A stretch of DNA of 64,000 bases, taken from contig CP154954.1 in assembly GCA_039621445.1 (NCBI GenBank), positions 35,449,703 through 35,513,702 of the forward strand, written 5' to 3'. Positions 51,301 through 64,000 of this stretch are shown piece by piece. The translations under genes and the position numbers were made by a program. The stretch is from Euglena gracilis. Taxonomy: Eukaryota. The stretch's first letter is position 1, and the number at the start of each line of letters is the position of its first letter. The notes under the pieces are model-generated. The model searched no databases and was not told the origin of the DNA. It saw nothing but the letters and a program-made list of their open reading frames with translations.

Positions 51301-54300
51301 TGATTGTCGTGGTTAATGGTAAGAAAAACATGCAGCGGAATGTTGGTTGCAAGAAATGAGCAGATTTAGATGGGTGCATTCGACCATTCCGGGGGACATT
51401 TACCAGGTCAGCCCAGGTTACCATGTAAAAATGGACCAAATTGGGCCTTACTCCGAGTAACCGAATGGGTGTTCCAGGAGGCCTCCAAAGTCAGGGGACC
51501 CGTTGGTTTCATGATTGTCGTGGTTTAATGGTAAGAAAAACATGCAGCGGGAATGTTGGTTGCAAGAAATGAGCAGATTTAGATGGGTGCATTCGACCAT
51601 TCCGGGGGACATTTACCAGGTCAGCCCAGGTTACCATGTAAAAATGGACCAAATTGGGCCTTACTCCGAGTAACCGAATGGGTGTTCCAGGAGGCCTCCA
51701 AAGTCAGGGGACCCGTTGGTTTCATGATTGTCGTGGTTTAATGGTAAGAAAAACATGCAGCGGGAATGTTGGTTGCAAGAAATGAGCACATTTAGATGGG
51801 TGCATTCGACCATTCCGGGGGACATTTACCAGGTCAGCCCAGGTTACCATGTAAAAATGGACCAAATTGGGCCTTACTCCGAGTAACCGAATGGGTGTTC
51901 CAGGAGGCCTCCAAAGTCAGGGGACCCGTTGGTTTCATGATTGTCGTGGTTTAATGGTAAGAAAAACATGCAGCCGGAAGGTTGGTTGCAAGAAATGAGC
52001 AGATTTAGATGGGTGCATTCGACCATTCCGGGGGACATTTACCAGGTCAGCCCAGGTTACCATGTAAAAATGGACCAAATTGGGCCTTACTCCGAGTAAC
52101 CGAATGGGTGTTCCAGGAGGCCTCCAAAGTCAGGGGACCCGTTGGTTTCATGATTGTCGTGGTTTAATGGTAAGAAAAACATGCAGCCGGAAGGTTGGTT
52201 GCAAGAAATGAGCACATTTAGATGGGTGCATTCGACCATTCCGGGGGACATTTACCAGGTCAGCCCAGGTTACCATGTAAAAATGGACCAAATTGGGCCT
52301 TACTCCGAGTAACCGAATGGGTGTTCCAGGAGGCCTCCAAAGTCAGGGGACCCGTTGGTTTCATGATTGTCGTGGTTTAATGGTAAGAAAAACATGCAGC
52401 CGGAAGGTTGGTTGCAAGAAATGAGCAGATTTAGATGGGTGCATTCGACCATTCCGGGGGACATTTACCAGGTCAGCCCAGGTTACCATGTAAAAATGGA
52501 CCAAATTGGGCCTTACTCCGAGTAACCGAATGGGTGTTCCAGGAGGCCTCCAAAGTCAGGGGACCCGTTGGTTTCATGATTGTCGTGGTTTAATGGTAAG
52601 AAAAACATGCAGCCGGAAGGTTGGTTGCAAGAAATGAGCAGATTTAGATGGGTGCATTCGACCATTCCGGGGGACATTTACCAGGTCAGCCCAGGTTACC
52701 ATGTAAAAATGGACCAAATTGGGCCTTACTCCGAGTAACCGAATGGGTGTTCCAGGAGGCCTCCAAAGTCAGGGGACCCGTTGGTTTCATGATTGTCGTG
52801 GTTTAATGGTAAGAAAAACATGCAACCGGAAGGTTGGTTGCAAGAAATGAGCAGATTTAGATGGGTGCATTCGACCATTCCGGGGGACATTTACCAGGTC
52901 AGCCCAGGTTACCATGTAAAAATGGACCAAATTGGGCCTTACTCCGAGTAACCGAATGGGTGTTCCAGGAGGCCTCCAAAGTCAGGGGACCCGTTGGTTT
53001 CATGATTGTCGTGGTTTAATGGTAGGAAAAACATGCAGCGGGAATGTTGGTTGCAAGAAATGAGCAGATTTAGATGGGTGCATTCGACCATTCCGGGGGA
53101 CATTTACCAGGTCAGCCCAGGTTACCATGTAAAAATGGACCAAATTGGGCCTTACTCCGAGTAACCGAATGGGTGTTCCAGGAGGCCTCCAAAGTCAGGG
53201 GACCCGTTGGTTTCATGATTGTCGTGGTTTAATGGTAAGATAAACATGCAGCGGGAATGTTGGTTGCAAGAAATGCGCACATTTAGATGGGTGCATTCGA
53301 CCATTCCGGGGGACATTTACCAGGTCAGCCCAGGTTACCATGTAAAAATGGACCAAATTGGGCCTTACTCCGAGTTACCGAATGGGTGTTCCAGGAGGCC
53401 TCCAAAGTCAGGGGACCCGTTGGTTTCATGATTGTCGTGGTTTAATGGTAAGAAAAACATGCAGCCGGAAGGTTGGTTGCAAGAAATGAGCAGATTTAGA
53501 TGGGTGCATTCGACCATTCCGGGGGACATTTACCAGGTCAGCCCAGGTTACCATGTAAAAATGGACCAAATTGGGCCTTACTCCGAGTAACCGAATGGGT
53601 GTTCCAGGAGGCCTCCAAAGTCAGGGGACCCGTTGGTTTCATGATTGTCGTGGTTTAATGGTAAGAAAAACATGCAGCCGGAAGGTTGGTTGCAAGAAAT
53701 GAGCAGATTTAGATGGGTGCATTCGACCATTCCGGGGGACATTTACCAGGTCAGCCCAGGTTACCATGTAAAAATGGACCAAATTGGGCCTTACTCCGAG
53801 TAACCGAATGGGTGTTCCAGGAGGCCTCCAAAGTCAGGGGACCCGTTGGTTTCATGATTGTCGTGGTTTAATGGTAAGAAAAACATGCAGCCGGAAGGTT
53901 GGTTGCAAGAAATGAGCAGATTTAGATGGGTGCATTCGACCATTCCGGGGGACATTTACCAGGTCAGCCCAGGTTACCATGTAAAAATGGACCAAATTGG
54001 GCCTTACTCCGAGTAACCGAATGGGTGTTCCAGGAGGCCTCCAAAGTCAGGGGACCCGTTGGTTTCATGATTGTCGTGGTTTAATGGTAAGAAAAACATG
54101 CAGCCGGAAGGTTGGTTGCAAGAAATGAGCAGATTTAGATGGGTGCATTCGACCATTCCGGGGGACATTTACCAGGTCAGCCCAGGTTACCATGTAAAAA
54201 TGGACCAAATTGGGCCTTACTCCGAGTAACCGAATGGGTGTTCCAGGAGGCCTCCAAAGTCAGGGGACCCGTTGGTTTCATGATTGTCGTGGTTTAATGG

Positions 54301-57300
54301 TAGAGAAACATGCAGCGGGAATGTTGGTTGCAAGAAATGAGCAGATTTAGATGGGTGCATTCGACCATTCCGGGGGACATTTACCAGGTCAGCCCAGGTT
54401 ACCATGTAAAAATGGACCAAATTGGGCCTTACTCCGAGTAACCGAATGGGTGTTCCAGGAGGCCTCCAAAGTCAGGGGACCCGTTGGTTTCATGATTGTC
54501 GTGGTTTAATGGTAAGAAAAACATGCAGCCGGAAGGTTGGTTGCAAGAAATGAGCAGATTTAGATGGGTGCATTCGACCATTCCGGGGGACATTTACCAG
54601 GTCAGCCCAGGTTACCATGTAAAAATGGACCAAATTGGGCCTTACTCCGAGTAACCGAATGGGTGTTCCAGGAGGCCTCCAAAGTCAGGGGACCCGTTGG
54701 TTTCATGATTGTCGTGGTTTAATGGTAAGAAAAACATGCAGCCGGAAGGTTGGTTGCAAGAAATGAGCAGATTTAGATGGGTGCATTCGACCATTCCGGG
54801 GGACATTTACCAGGTCAGCCCAGGTTACCATGTAAAAATGGACCAAATTGGGCCTTACTCCGAGTAACCGAATGGGTGTTCCAGGAGGCCTCCAAAGTCA
54901 GGGGACCCGTTGGTTTCATGATTGTCGTGGTTTAATGGTAAAAAAAAAACATGCAGCGGGAATGTTGGTTGCAAGAAATGAGCAGATTTAGATGGGTGCA
55001 TTCGACCATTCCGGGGGACATTTACCAGGTCAGCCCAGGTTACCATGTAAAAATGGACCAAATTGGGCCTTACTCCGAGTAACCGAATGGGTGTTCCAGG
55101 AGGCCTCCAAAGTCAGGGGACCCGTTGGTTTCATGATTGTCGTGGTTTAATGGTAAGAAAAACATGCAGAGGGAATGTTGGTTGCAAGAAATGAGCAGAT
55201 TTAGATGGGTGCATTCGACCATTCCGGGGGACATTTACCAGGTCAGCCCAGGTTACCATGTAAAAATGGACCAAATTGGGCCTTACTCCGAGTAACCGAA
55301 TGGGTGTTCCAGGAGGCCTCCAAAGTCAGGGGACCCGTTGGTTTCATGATTGTCGTGGTTTAATGGTAAGAAAAACATGCAGCGGGAATGTTGGTTGCAA
55401 GAAATGAGCAGATTTAGATGGGTGCATTCGACCATTCCGGGGGACATTTACCAGGTCAGCCCAGGTTACCATGTAAAAATGGACCAAATTGGGCCTTACT
55501 CCGAGTAACCGAATGGGTGTTCCAGGAGGCCTCCAAAGTCAGGGGACCCGTTGGTTTCATGATTGTCGTGGTTTAATGGTAAGAAAAACATGCAGAGGGA
55601 ATGTTGGTTGCAAGAAATGAGCAGATTTAGATGGGTGCATTCGACCATTCCGGGGGACATTTACCAGGTCAGCCCAGGTTACCATGTAAAAATGGACCAA
55701 ATTGGGCCTTACTCCGAGTAACCGAATGGGTGTTCCAGGAGGCCTCCAAAGTCAGGGGACCCGTTGGTTTCATGATTGTCGTGGTTTAATGGTAAGAAAA
55801 ACATGCAGCCGGAAGGTTGGTTGCAAGAAATGAGCAGATTTAGATGGGTGCATTCGACCATTCCGGGGGACATTTACCAGGTCAGCCCAGGTTACCATGT
55901 AAAAATGGACCAAATTGGGCCTTACTCCTAGTAACCAAATGGGTGTTCCAGGAGGCCTCCAAAGTCAGGGGACCCGTTGGTTTCATGATTGTCGTGGTTT
56001 AATGGTAAGAAAAACATGCAGAGGGAATGTTGGTTGCAAGAAATGAGCAGATTTAGATGGGTGCATTCGACCATTCCGGGGGACATTTACCAGGTCAGCC
56101 CAGGTTACCATGTAAAAATGGACCAAATTGGGCCTTACTCCGAGTAACCGAATGGGTGTTCCAGGAGGCCTCCAAAGTCAGGGGACCCGTTGGTTTCATG
56201 ATTGTCGTGGTTTAATGGTAAGAAAAACATGCAGCCGGAAGGTTGGTTGCAAGAAATGAGCAGATTTAGATGGGTGCATTCGACCATTCCGGGGGACATT
56301 TACCAGGTCAGCCCAGGTTACCATGTAAAAATGGACCAAATTGGGCCTTACTCCGAGTAACCGAATGGGTGTTCCAGGAGGCCTCCAAAGTCAGGGGACC
56401 CGTTGGTTTCATGATTGTCGTGGTTTAATGGTAAGAAAAAAACATGCAGCGGGAATGTTGGTTGCAAGAAATGAGCAGATTTAGATGGGTGCATTCGACC
56501 ATTCCGGGGGACATTTACCAGGTCAGCCCAGGTTACCATGTAAAAATGGACCAAATTGGGCCTTACTCCGAGTAACCGAATGGGTGTTCCAGGAGGCCTC
56601 CAAAGTCAGGGGACCCGTTGGTTTCATGATTGTCGTGGTTTAATGGTAAGAAAAACATGCAGCCGGAAGGTTGGTTGCAAGTAATGAGCAGATTTAGATG
56701 GGTGCATTCGACCATTCCGGGGGACATTTACCAGGTCAGCCCAGGTTACCATGTAAAAATGGACCAAATTGGGCCTTACTCCGAGTAACCGAATGGGTGT
56801 TCCAGGAGGCCTCCAAAGTCAGGGGACCCGTTGGTTTCATGATTGTCGTGGTTTAATGGTAAGAAAAACATGCAGCGGGAATGTTGGTTGCAAGAAATGA
56901 GCACATTTAGATGGGTGCATTCGACCATTCCGGGGGACATTTACCAGGTCAGCCCAGGTTACCATGTAAAAATGGACCAAATTGGGCCTTACTCCGAGTA
57001 ACCGAATGGGTGTTCCAGGAGGCCTCCAAAGTCAGGGGACCCGTTGGTTTCATGATTGTCGTGGTTTAATGGTAAGAAAAACATGCAGCAGGAACGTTGG
57101 TTGCAAGTAATGAGCAGATTTAGATGGGTGCATTCGACCATTCCGGGGGACATTTACCAGGTCAGCCCAGGTTACCATGTAAAAATGGACCAAATTGGGC
57201 CTTACTCCGAGTAACCGAATGGGTGTTCCAGGAGGCCTCCAAAGTCAGGGGACCCGTTGGTTTCATGATTGTCGTGGTTTAATGGTAAGAAAAACATGCA

Positions 57301-60300
57301 GCGGAATGTTGGTTGCAAGAAATGAGCACATTTAGATGGGTGCATTCGACCATTCCGGGGGACATTTACCAGGTCAGCCCAGGTTACCATGTAAAAATGG
57401 ACCAAATTGGGCCTTACTCCGAGTAACCGAATGGGTGTTCCAGGAGGCCTCCAAAGTCAGGGGACCCGTTGGTTTCATGATTGTCGTGGTTTAATGGTAA
57501 GAAAAACATGCAGCGGGAATGTTGGTTGCAAGAAATGAGCACATTTAGATGGGTGCATTCGACCATTCCGGGGGACATTTACCAGGTCAGCCCAGGTTAC
57601 CATGTAAAAATGGACCAAATTGGGCCTTACTCCGAGTAACCGAATGGGTGTTCCAGGAGGCCTCCAAAGTCAGGGGACCCGTTGGTTTCATGATTGTCGT
57701 GGTTTAATGGTAAGAAAAACATGCAGCGGGAAGGTTGGTTGCAAGAAATGAGCAGATTTAGATGGGTGCATTCGACCATTCCGGGGGACATTTACCAGGT
57801 CAGCCCAGGTTACCATGTAAAAATGGACCAAATTGGGCCTTACTCCGAGTAACCGAATGGGTGTTCCAGGAGGCCTCCAAAGTCAGGGGACCCGTTGGTT
57901 TCATGATTGTCGTGGTTTAATGGTAAGAAAAACATGCAGCGGGAATGTTGGTTGCAAGAAATGAGCAGATTTAGATGGGTGCATTCGACCATTCCGGGGG
58001 ACATTTACCAGGTCAGCCCAGGTTACCATGTAAAAATGGACCAAATTGGGCCTTACTCCGAGTAACCGAATGGGTGTTCCAGGAGGCCTCCAAAGTCAGG
58101 GGACCCGTTGGTTTCATGATTGTCGTGGTTTAATGGTAAGAAAAACATGCAGCGGGAATGTTGGTTGCAAGAAATGAGCAGATTTAGATGGGTGCATTCG
58201 ACCATTCCGGGGGACATTTACCAGGTCAGCCCAGGTTACCATGTAAAAATGGACCAAATTGGGCCTTACTCCGAGTAACCGAATGGGTGTTCCAGGAGGC
58301 CTCCAAAGTCAGGGGACCCGTTGGTTTCATGATTGTCGTGGTTTAATGGTAAGAAAAACATGCAGCGGAATGTTGGTTGCAAGAAATGAGCACATTTAGA
58401 TGGGTGCATTCGACCATTCCGGGGGACATTTACCAGGTCAGCCCAGGTTACCATGTAAAAATGGACCAAATTGGGCCTTACTCCGAGTAACCGAATGGGT
58501 GTTCCAGGAGGCCTCCAAAGTCAGGGGACCCGTTGGTTTCATGATTGTCGTGGTTTAATTGTAAGACAAACATGCAACCGGAAGGTTGGTTGCAAGAAAT
58601 GAGCACATTTAGATGGGTGCATTCGACCATTCCGGGGGACATTTACCAGGTCAGCCCAGGTTACCATGTAAAAATGGACCAAATTGGGCCTTACTCCGAG
58701 TAACCGAATGGGTGTTCCAGGAGGCCTCCAAAGTCAGGGGACCCGTTGGTTTCATGATTGTCGTGGTTTAATGGTAGGAAAAACATGCAGCGGGAACGTT
58801 GGTTGCAAGAAATGAGCAGATTTAGATGGGTGCATTCGACCATTCCGGGGGACATTTACCAGGTCAGCCCAGGTTACCATGTAAAAATGGACCAAATTGG
58901 GCCTTACTCCGAGTAACCGAATGGGTGTTCCAGGAGGCCTCCAAAGTCAGGGGACCCGTTGGTTTCATGATTGTCGTGGTTTAATGGTAAGAAAAACATG
59001 AACCGGAAGGTTTGGTTGCAAGAAATGAACATATTTAGATGGGTGCATTCGACCATTCCGGGGGACATTTACCAGGTCAGCCCAGGTTACCATGTAAAAA
59101 TGGACCAAATTGGGCCTTACTCCGAGTAACCGAATGGGTGTTCCAGGAGGCCTCCAAAGTCAGGGGACCCGTTGGTTTCATGATTGTCGTGGTTTAATTG
59201 TAAAAAAAAACATGCAACCGGAAGGTTGGTTGCAAGAAATGAGCACAGTTAGATGGGTGCATTCGACCATTCCGGGGGACATTTACCTGGTCAGCCCAGG
59301 TTACCATGTAAAAATGGACCAAATTGGGCCTTACTCCGAGTAACCAAATGGGTGTTCCAGGAGGCCTCCAAAGTCAGGGGACCCGTTGGTTTCATGATTG
59401 TCGTGGTTTAATGGTAAGAAAAACATGCAGCGGGAACGTTGGTTGCAAGAAATGAGCAGATTTAGATGGGTGCATTCGACCATTCCGGGGGACATTTACC
59501 AGGTCAGCCCAGGTTACCATGTAAAAATGGACCAAATTGGGCCTTACTCCGAGTAACCGAATGGGTGTTCCAGGAGGCCTCCAAAGTCAGGGGACCCGTT
59601 GGTTTCATGATTGTCGTGGTTTAATGGTAAGAAAAACATGCAGCGGGAATGTTGGTTGCAAGAAATGAGCACATTTAGATGGGTGCATTCGACCATTCCG
59701 GGGGACATTTACCAGGTCAGCCCAGGTTACCATGTAAAAATGGACCAAATTGGGCCTTACTCCGAGTAACCGAATGGGTGTTCCAGGAGGCCTCCAAAGT
59801 CAGGGGACCCGTTGGTTTCATGATTGTCGTGGTTTAATGGTAAGAAAAACATGCAGCGGGAATGTTGGTTGCAAGAAATGAGCACATTTAGATGGGTGCA
59901 TTCGACCATTCCGGGGGACATTTACCAGGTCAGCCCAGGTTACCATGTAAAAAAAAATGGACCAAATTGGGCCTTACTCCGAGTAACCGAATGGGTGTTC
60001 CAGGAGGCCTCCAAAGTCAGAGGACCAGTTGGTTTCATGATTGTCGTGGTTTAATGGTAAGAAAAACATGCAGCGGGAATGTTGGTTGCAAGAAATGAGC
60101 AGATTTAGATGGGTGCATTCGACCATTCCGGGGGACATTTACCAGGTCAGCCCAGGTTACCATGTAAAAATGGACCAAATTGGGCCTTACTCCGAGTAAC
60201 CGAATGGGTGTTCCAGGAGGCCTCCAAAGTCAGGGGACCCGTTGGTTTCATGATTGTCGTGGTTTAATGTAAGAAAAACATGCAACCGGAAGGTTGGTTG

Positions 60301-63300
60301 CAAGAAATGAGCACATTTAGATGGGTGCATTCGACCATTCCGGGGGACATTTACCAGGTCAGCCCAGGTTACCATGTAAAAATGGACCAAATTGGGCCTT
60401 ACTCCGAGTAACCGAATGGGTGTTCCAGGAGGCCTCCAAAGTCAGGGGACCCGTTGGTTTCATGATTGTCGTGGTTTAATTGCAAAAAAAAACATGCAAC
60501 CAGAAGGTTGGTTGCAAGAAATCAGCACATTTAGTTGGGTGCATTTGACCATTCCGGAGAACATTTACCAGGTCAGCCCAACCAAACCAAATTCGACCTT
60601 ACTCCGAGTAACCGAATGGGTGTTCCAGAGGCCTTCAAAGTCAGGGGACCCGTTGGTTCTCATGATTGTCATGGTTTAATTGTAAGAAAAACATGCAGCG
60701 GAAATGCTGGTTGCAAGAAATCAGCACATTTAGACGGGTGCATTCGACCATTCCGGGTACATTTACCAGGTCAGCCCAGGTTACCATGTAAAAATGGACC
60801 AAATTGGGCCTTACTCCGAGTAACCGAATGGGTGTTCCAGGAGGCCTCCAAAGTCAGGGGACCCGTTGGTTTCATGATTGTCGTGGTTTAATGGTAAGAA
60901 AAACATGCAGCGGGAAGGTTGGTTGCAAGAAATGAGCACATTTAGATGGGTGCATTCGACCATTCCGGGGGACATTTACCAGGTCAGCCCAGGTTACCAT
61001 GTAAAAATGGACCAAATTGGGCCTTACTCCGAGTTACCGAATGGGTGTTCCAGGAGGCCTCCAAAGTCAGGGGACCCGTTGGTTTCATGATTGTCGTGGT
61101 TTAATGGTAAGAAAAACATGCAGCGGGAATGTTGGTTGCAAGAAATGAGCACATTTAGATGGGTGCATTCGACCATTCCGGGGGACATTTACCAGGTCAG
61201 CCCAGGTTACCATGTAAAAATGGACCAAATTGGGCCTTACTCCGAGTAACCGAATGGGTGTTCCAGGAGGCCTCCAAAGTCAGGGGACCCGTTGGTTTCA
61301 TGGTTGTCGTGGTTTAATGGTAGGAAAAACATGCAGCGGGAATGTTGGTTGCAAGAAATGAGCAGATTTAGATGGGTGCATTCGACCATTCCGGGGGACA
61401 TTTACCAGGTCAGCCCAGGTTACCATGTAAAAATGGACCAAATTGGGCCTTACTCCGAGTAACCAAATGGGTGTTCCAGGAGGCCTCCAAAGTCAGGGGA
61501 CCCGTTGGTTTCATGATTGTCGTGGTTTAATGGTAAGAAAAACATGCAGCGGGAATGTTGGTTGCAAGAAATGAGCAGGTTTAGATGGGTGCATTCGACC
61601 ATTCCGGGGGACATTTACCAGGTCAGCCCAGGTTACCATGTAAAAATGGACCAAATTGGGCCTTACTCCGAGTAACCGAATGGGTGTTCCAGGAGGCCTC
61701 CAAAGTCAGGGGACCCGTTGGTTTCATGATTGTCGTGGTTTAATGGTAAGAAAAACATGCAACCGGAAGGTTGGTTGCAAGAAATGAGCACATTTAGATG
61801 GGTGCTTTCGACCATTCCGGGGGACATTTACCAGGTCAGCCCAGGTTACCATGTAAAAATGGACCAAATTGGGCCTTACTCCGAGTAACCGAATGGGTGT
61901 TCCAGGAGGCCTCCAAAGTCAGGGGACCCGTTGGTTTCATGATTGTCGTGGTTTAATGGTAAGAAAAACATGCAGCAGGAATGTTGGTTGCAATAAATGA
62001 GCACATTTAGATGGGTGCATTCGACCATTCCGGGGGACATTTACCAGGTCAGCCCAGGTTACCATGTAAAAATGGACCAAATTGGGCCTTACTCCGAGTA
62101 ACCGAATGGGTGTTCCAGGAGGCCTCCAAAGTCAGGGGACCCGTTGGTTTCATGGTTGTCGCGGTTTAATGGTAGGAAAAACATGCAGCGGGAAGGTTGG
62201 TTGCAAGAAATGAGCAGATTTAGATGGGTGCATTCGACCATTCCGGGGGACATTTACCAGGTCAGCCCAGGTTACCATGTAAAAATGGACCAAATTGGGC
62301 CTTACTCCGAGTTACGAATGGGTGTTCCAGGAGGCCTCCAAAGTCAGGGGACCCGTTGGTTTCATGATTGTCGTGGTTTAATGGTAAGAAAAACATGCAG
62401 CGGGAATGTTGGTTGCAAGAAATGAGCACATTTAGATGGGTGCATTCGACCATTCCGGGGGACATTTACCAGGTCAGCCCAGGTTACCATGTAAAAATGG
62501 ACCAAATTGGGCCTTACTCCGAGTAACCGAATGGGTGTTCCAGGAGGCCTCCAAAGTCAGGGGACCCGTTGGTTTCATGATTGTCGTGGTTTAATGGTAA
62601 GAAAAACATGCAGCGGGAATGTTGGTTGCAAGAAATGAGCAGATTTAGATGGGTGCATTCGACCATTCCGGGGGACATTTACCAGGTCAGCCCAGGTTAC
62701 CATGTAAAAATGGACCAAATTGGGCCTTACTCCGAGTAACCGAATGGGTGTTCCAGGAGGCCTCCAAAGTCAGGGGACCCGTTGGTTTCATGATTGTCGT
62801 GGTTTAATGGTAAGAAAAACATGCAGCGGGAAGGTTGGTTGCAAGAAATGAGCAGATTTAGATGGGTGCATTCGACCATTCCGGGGGACATTTACCAGGT
62901 CAGCCCAGGTTACCATGTAAAAATGGACCAAATTGGGCCGTACTCCGAGTAACCGAATGGGTGTTCCAGGAGGCCTCCAAAGTCAGGGGACCCGTTGGTT
63001 TCATGATTGTCGTGGTTTAATGGTGAGAAAAAACATGCAGCGGGAATGTTGGTTGCAAGAAATGAGCAGATTTAGATGGGTGCATTCGACCATTCCGGGG
63101 GACATTTACCAGGTCAGCCCAGGTTACCATGTAAAAATGGACCAAATTGGGCCTTACTCCGAGTTACCGAATGGGTGTTCCAGGAGGCCTCCAAAGTCAG
63201 GGGACCCGTTGGTTTCATGATTGTCGTGGTTTAATGGTAAGAAAAACATGCAGCCGGAAGGTTGGTTGCAAGAAATGAGCAGATTTAGATGGGTGCATTC

Positions 63301-64000
63301 GACCATTCCGGGGGACATTTACCAGGTCAGCCCAGGTTACCATGTAAAAATGGACCAAATTGGGCCTTACTCCGAGTAACCGAATGGGTGTTCCAGGAGG
63401 CCTCCAAAGTCAGGGGACCCGTTGGTTTCATGATTGTCGTGGTTTAATGGTAAGAAAAACATGCAGCGGAATGTTGGTTGCAAGAAATGAGCAGATTTAG
63501 ATGGGTGCATTCGACCATTCCGGGGGACATTTACCAGGTCAGCCCAGGTTACCATGTAAAAATGGACCAAATTGGGCCTTACTCCGAGTTACCGAATGGG
63601 TGTTCCAGGAGGCCTCCAAAGTCAGGGGACCCGTTGGTTTCATGATTGTCGTGGTTTAATGGTAAGAAAAAAAATGCAGCGGGAATGTTGGTTGCAAGAA
63701 ATGAGCAGATTTAGATGGGTGCATTCGACCATTCCGGGGGACATTTACCAGGTCAGCCCAGGTTACCATGTAAAAATGGACCAAATTGGGCCTTACTCCG
63801 AGTTACCGAATGGGTGTTCCAGGAGGCCTCCAAAGTCAGGGGACCCGTTGGTTTCATGATTGTCGTGGTTTAATGGTAAGAAAAACATGCAGCGGGAATG
63901 TTGGTTGCAAGAAATGAGCAGATTTAGATGGGTGCATTCGACCATTCCGGGGGACATTTACCAGGTCAGCCCAGGTTACCATGTAAAAATGGACCAAATT
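39341..64000 (+). repeat. 213-bp satellite array, block C (~115 monomers, highly homogeneous)
   Basis: Continuous near-identical monomers to the end of the window. Confidence 0.98.

Noticed and set aside
39341-64000. CRISPR-like array
   Set aside because: Monomers are contiguous with no unique spacers, and there are no cas genes.

Overview
Eukaryotic tandem-satellite region, probably centromeric or pericentromeric (inferred). About 42 kb of the window is a head-to-tail array of a 213-bp monomer, with a local ~1706-bp (8-monomer) higher-order periodicity at about 15-26 kb. The array is interrupted by two degraded minus-strand copies of one Ty3/gypsy chromodomain-bearing retrotransposon family: copy 1 at 1716-13440 and copy 2 at 29392-39151. 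Copy 2 sits inside a short inverted satellite block. The family has an unusual architecture. (i) A very long coiled-coil Gag carries two widely separated zinc knuckles. (ii) A conserved UAG followed by a stem-loop lies at the gag/pol junction, a candidate readthrough signal. (iii) Pol has a Dam/DIRS-like amino-DNA-methyltransferase domain between protease and RT, and a C-terminal chromodomain. (iv) A further sense-strand ORF of about 1400 codons with CxxC motifs lies downstream of pol. Copy 2 has TG...CA ends and a 6-bp target-site duplication but no matching LTR pair. All short ORFs inside the satellite are treated as spurious. Domain calls come from visual motif recognition only, and the host organism cannot be determined from the sequence.
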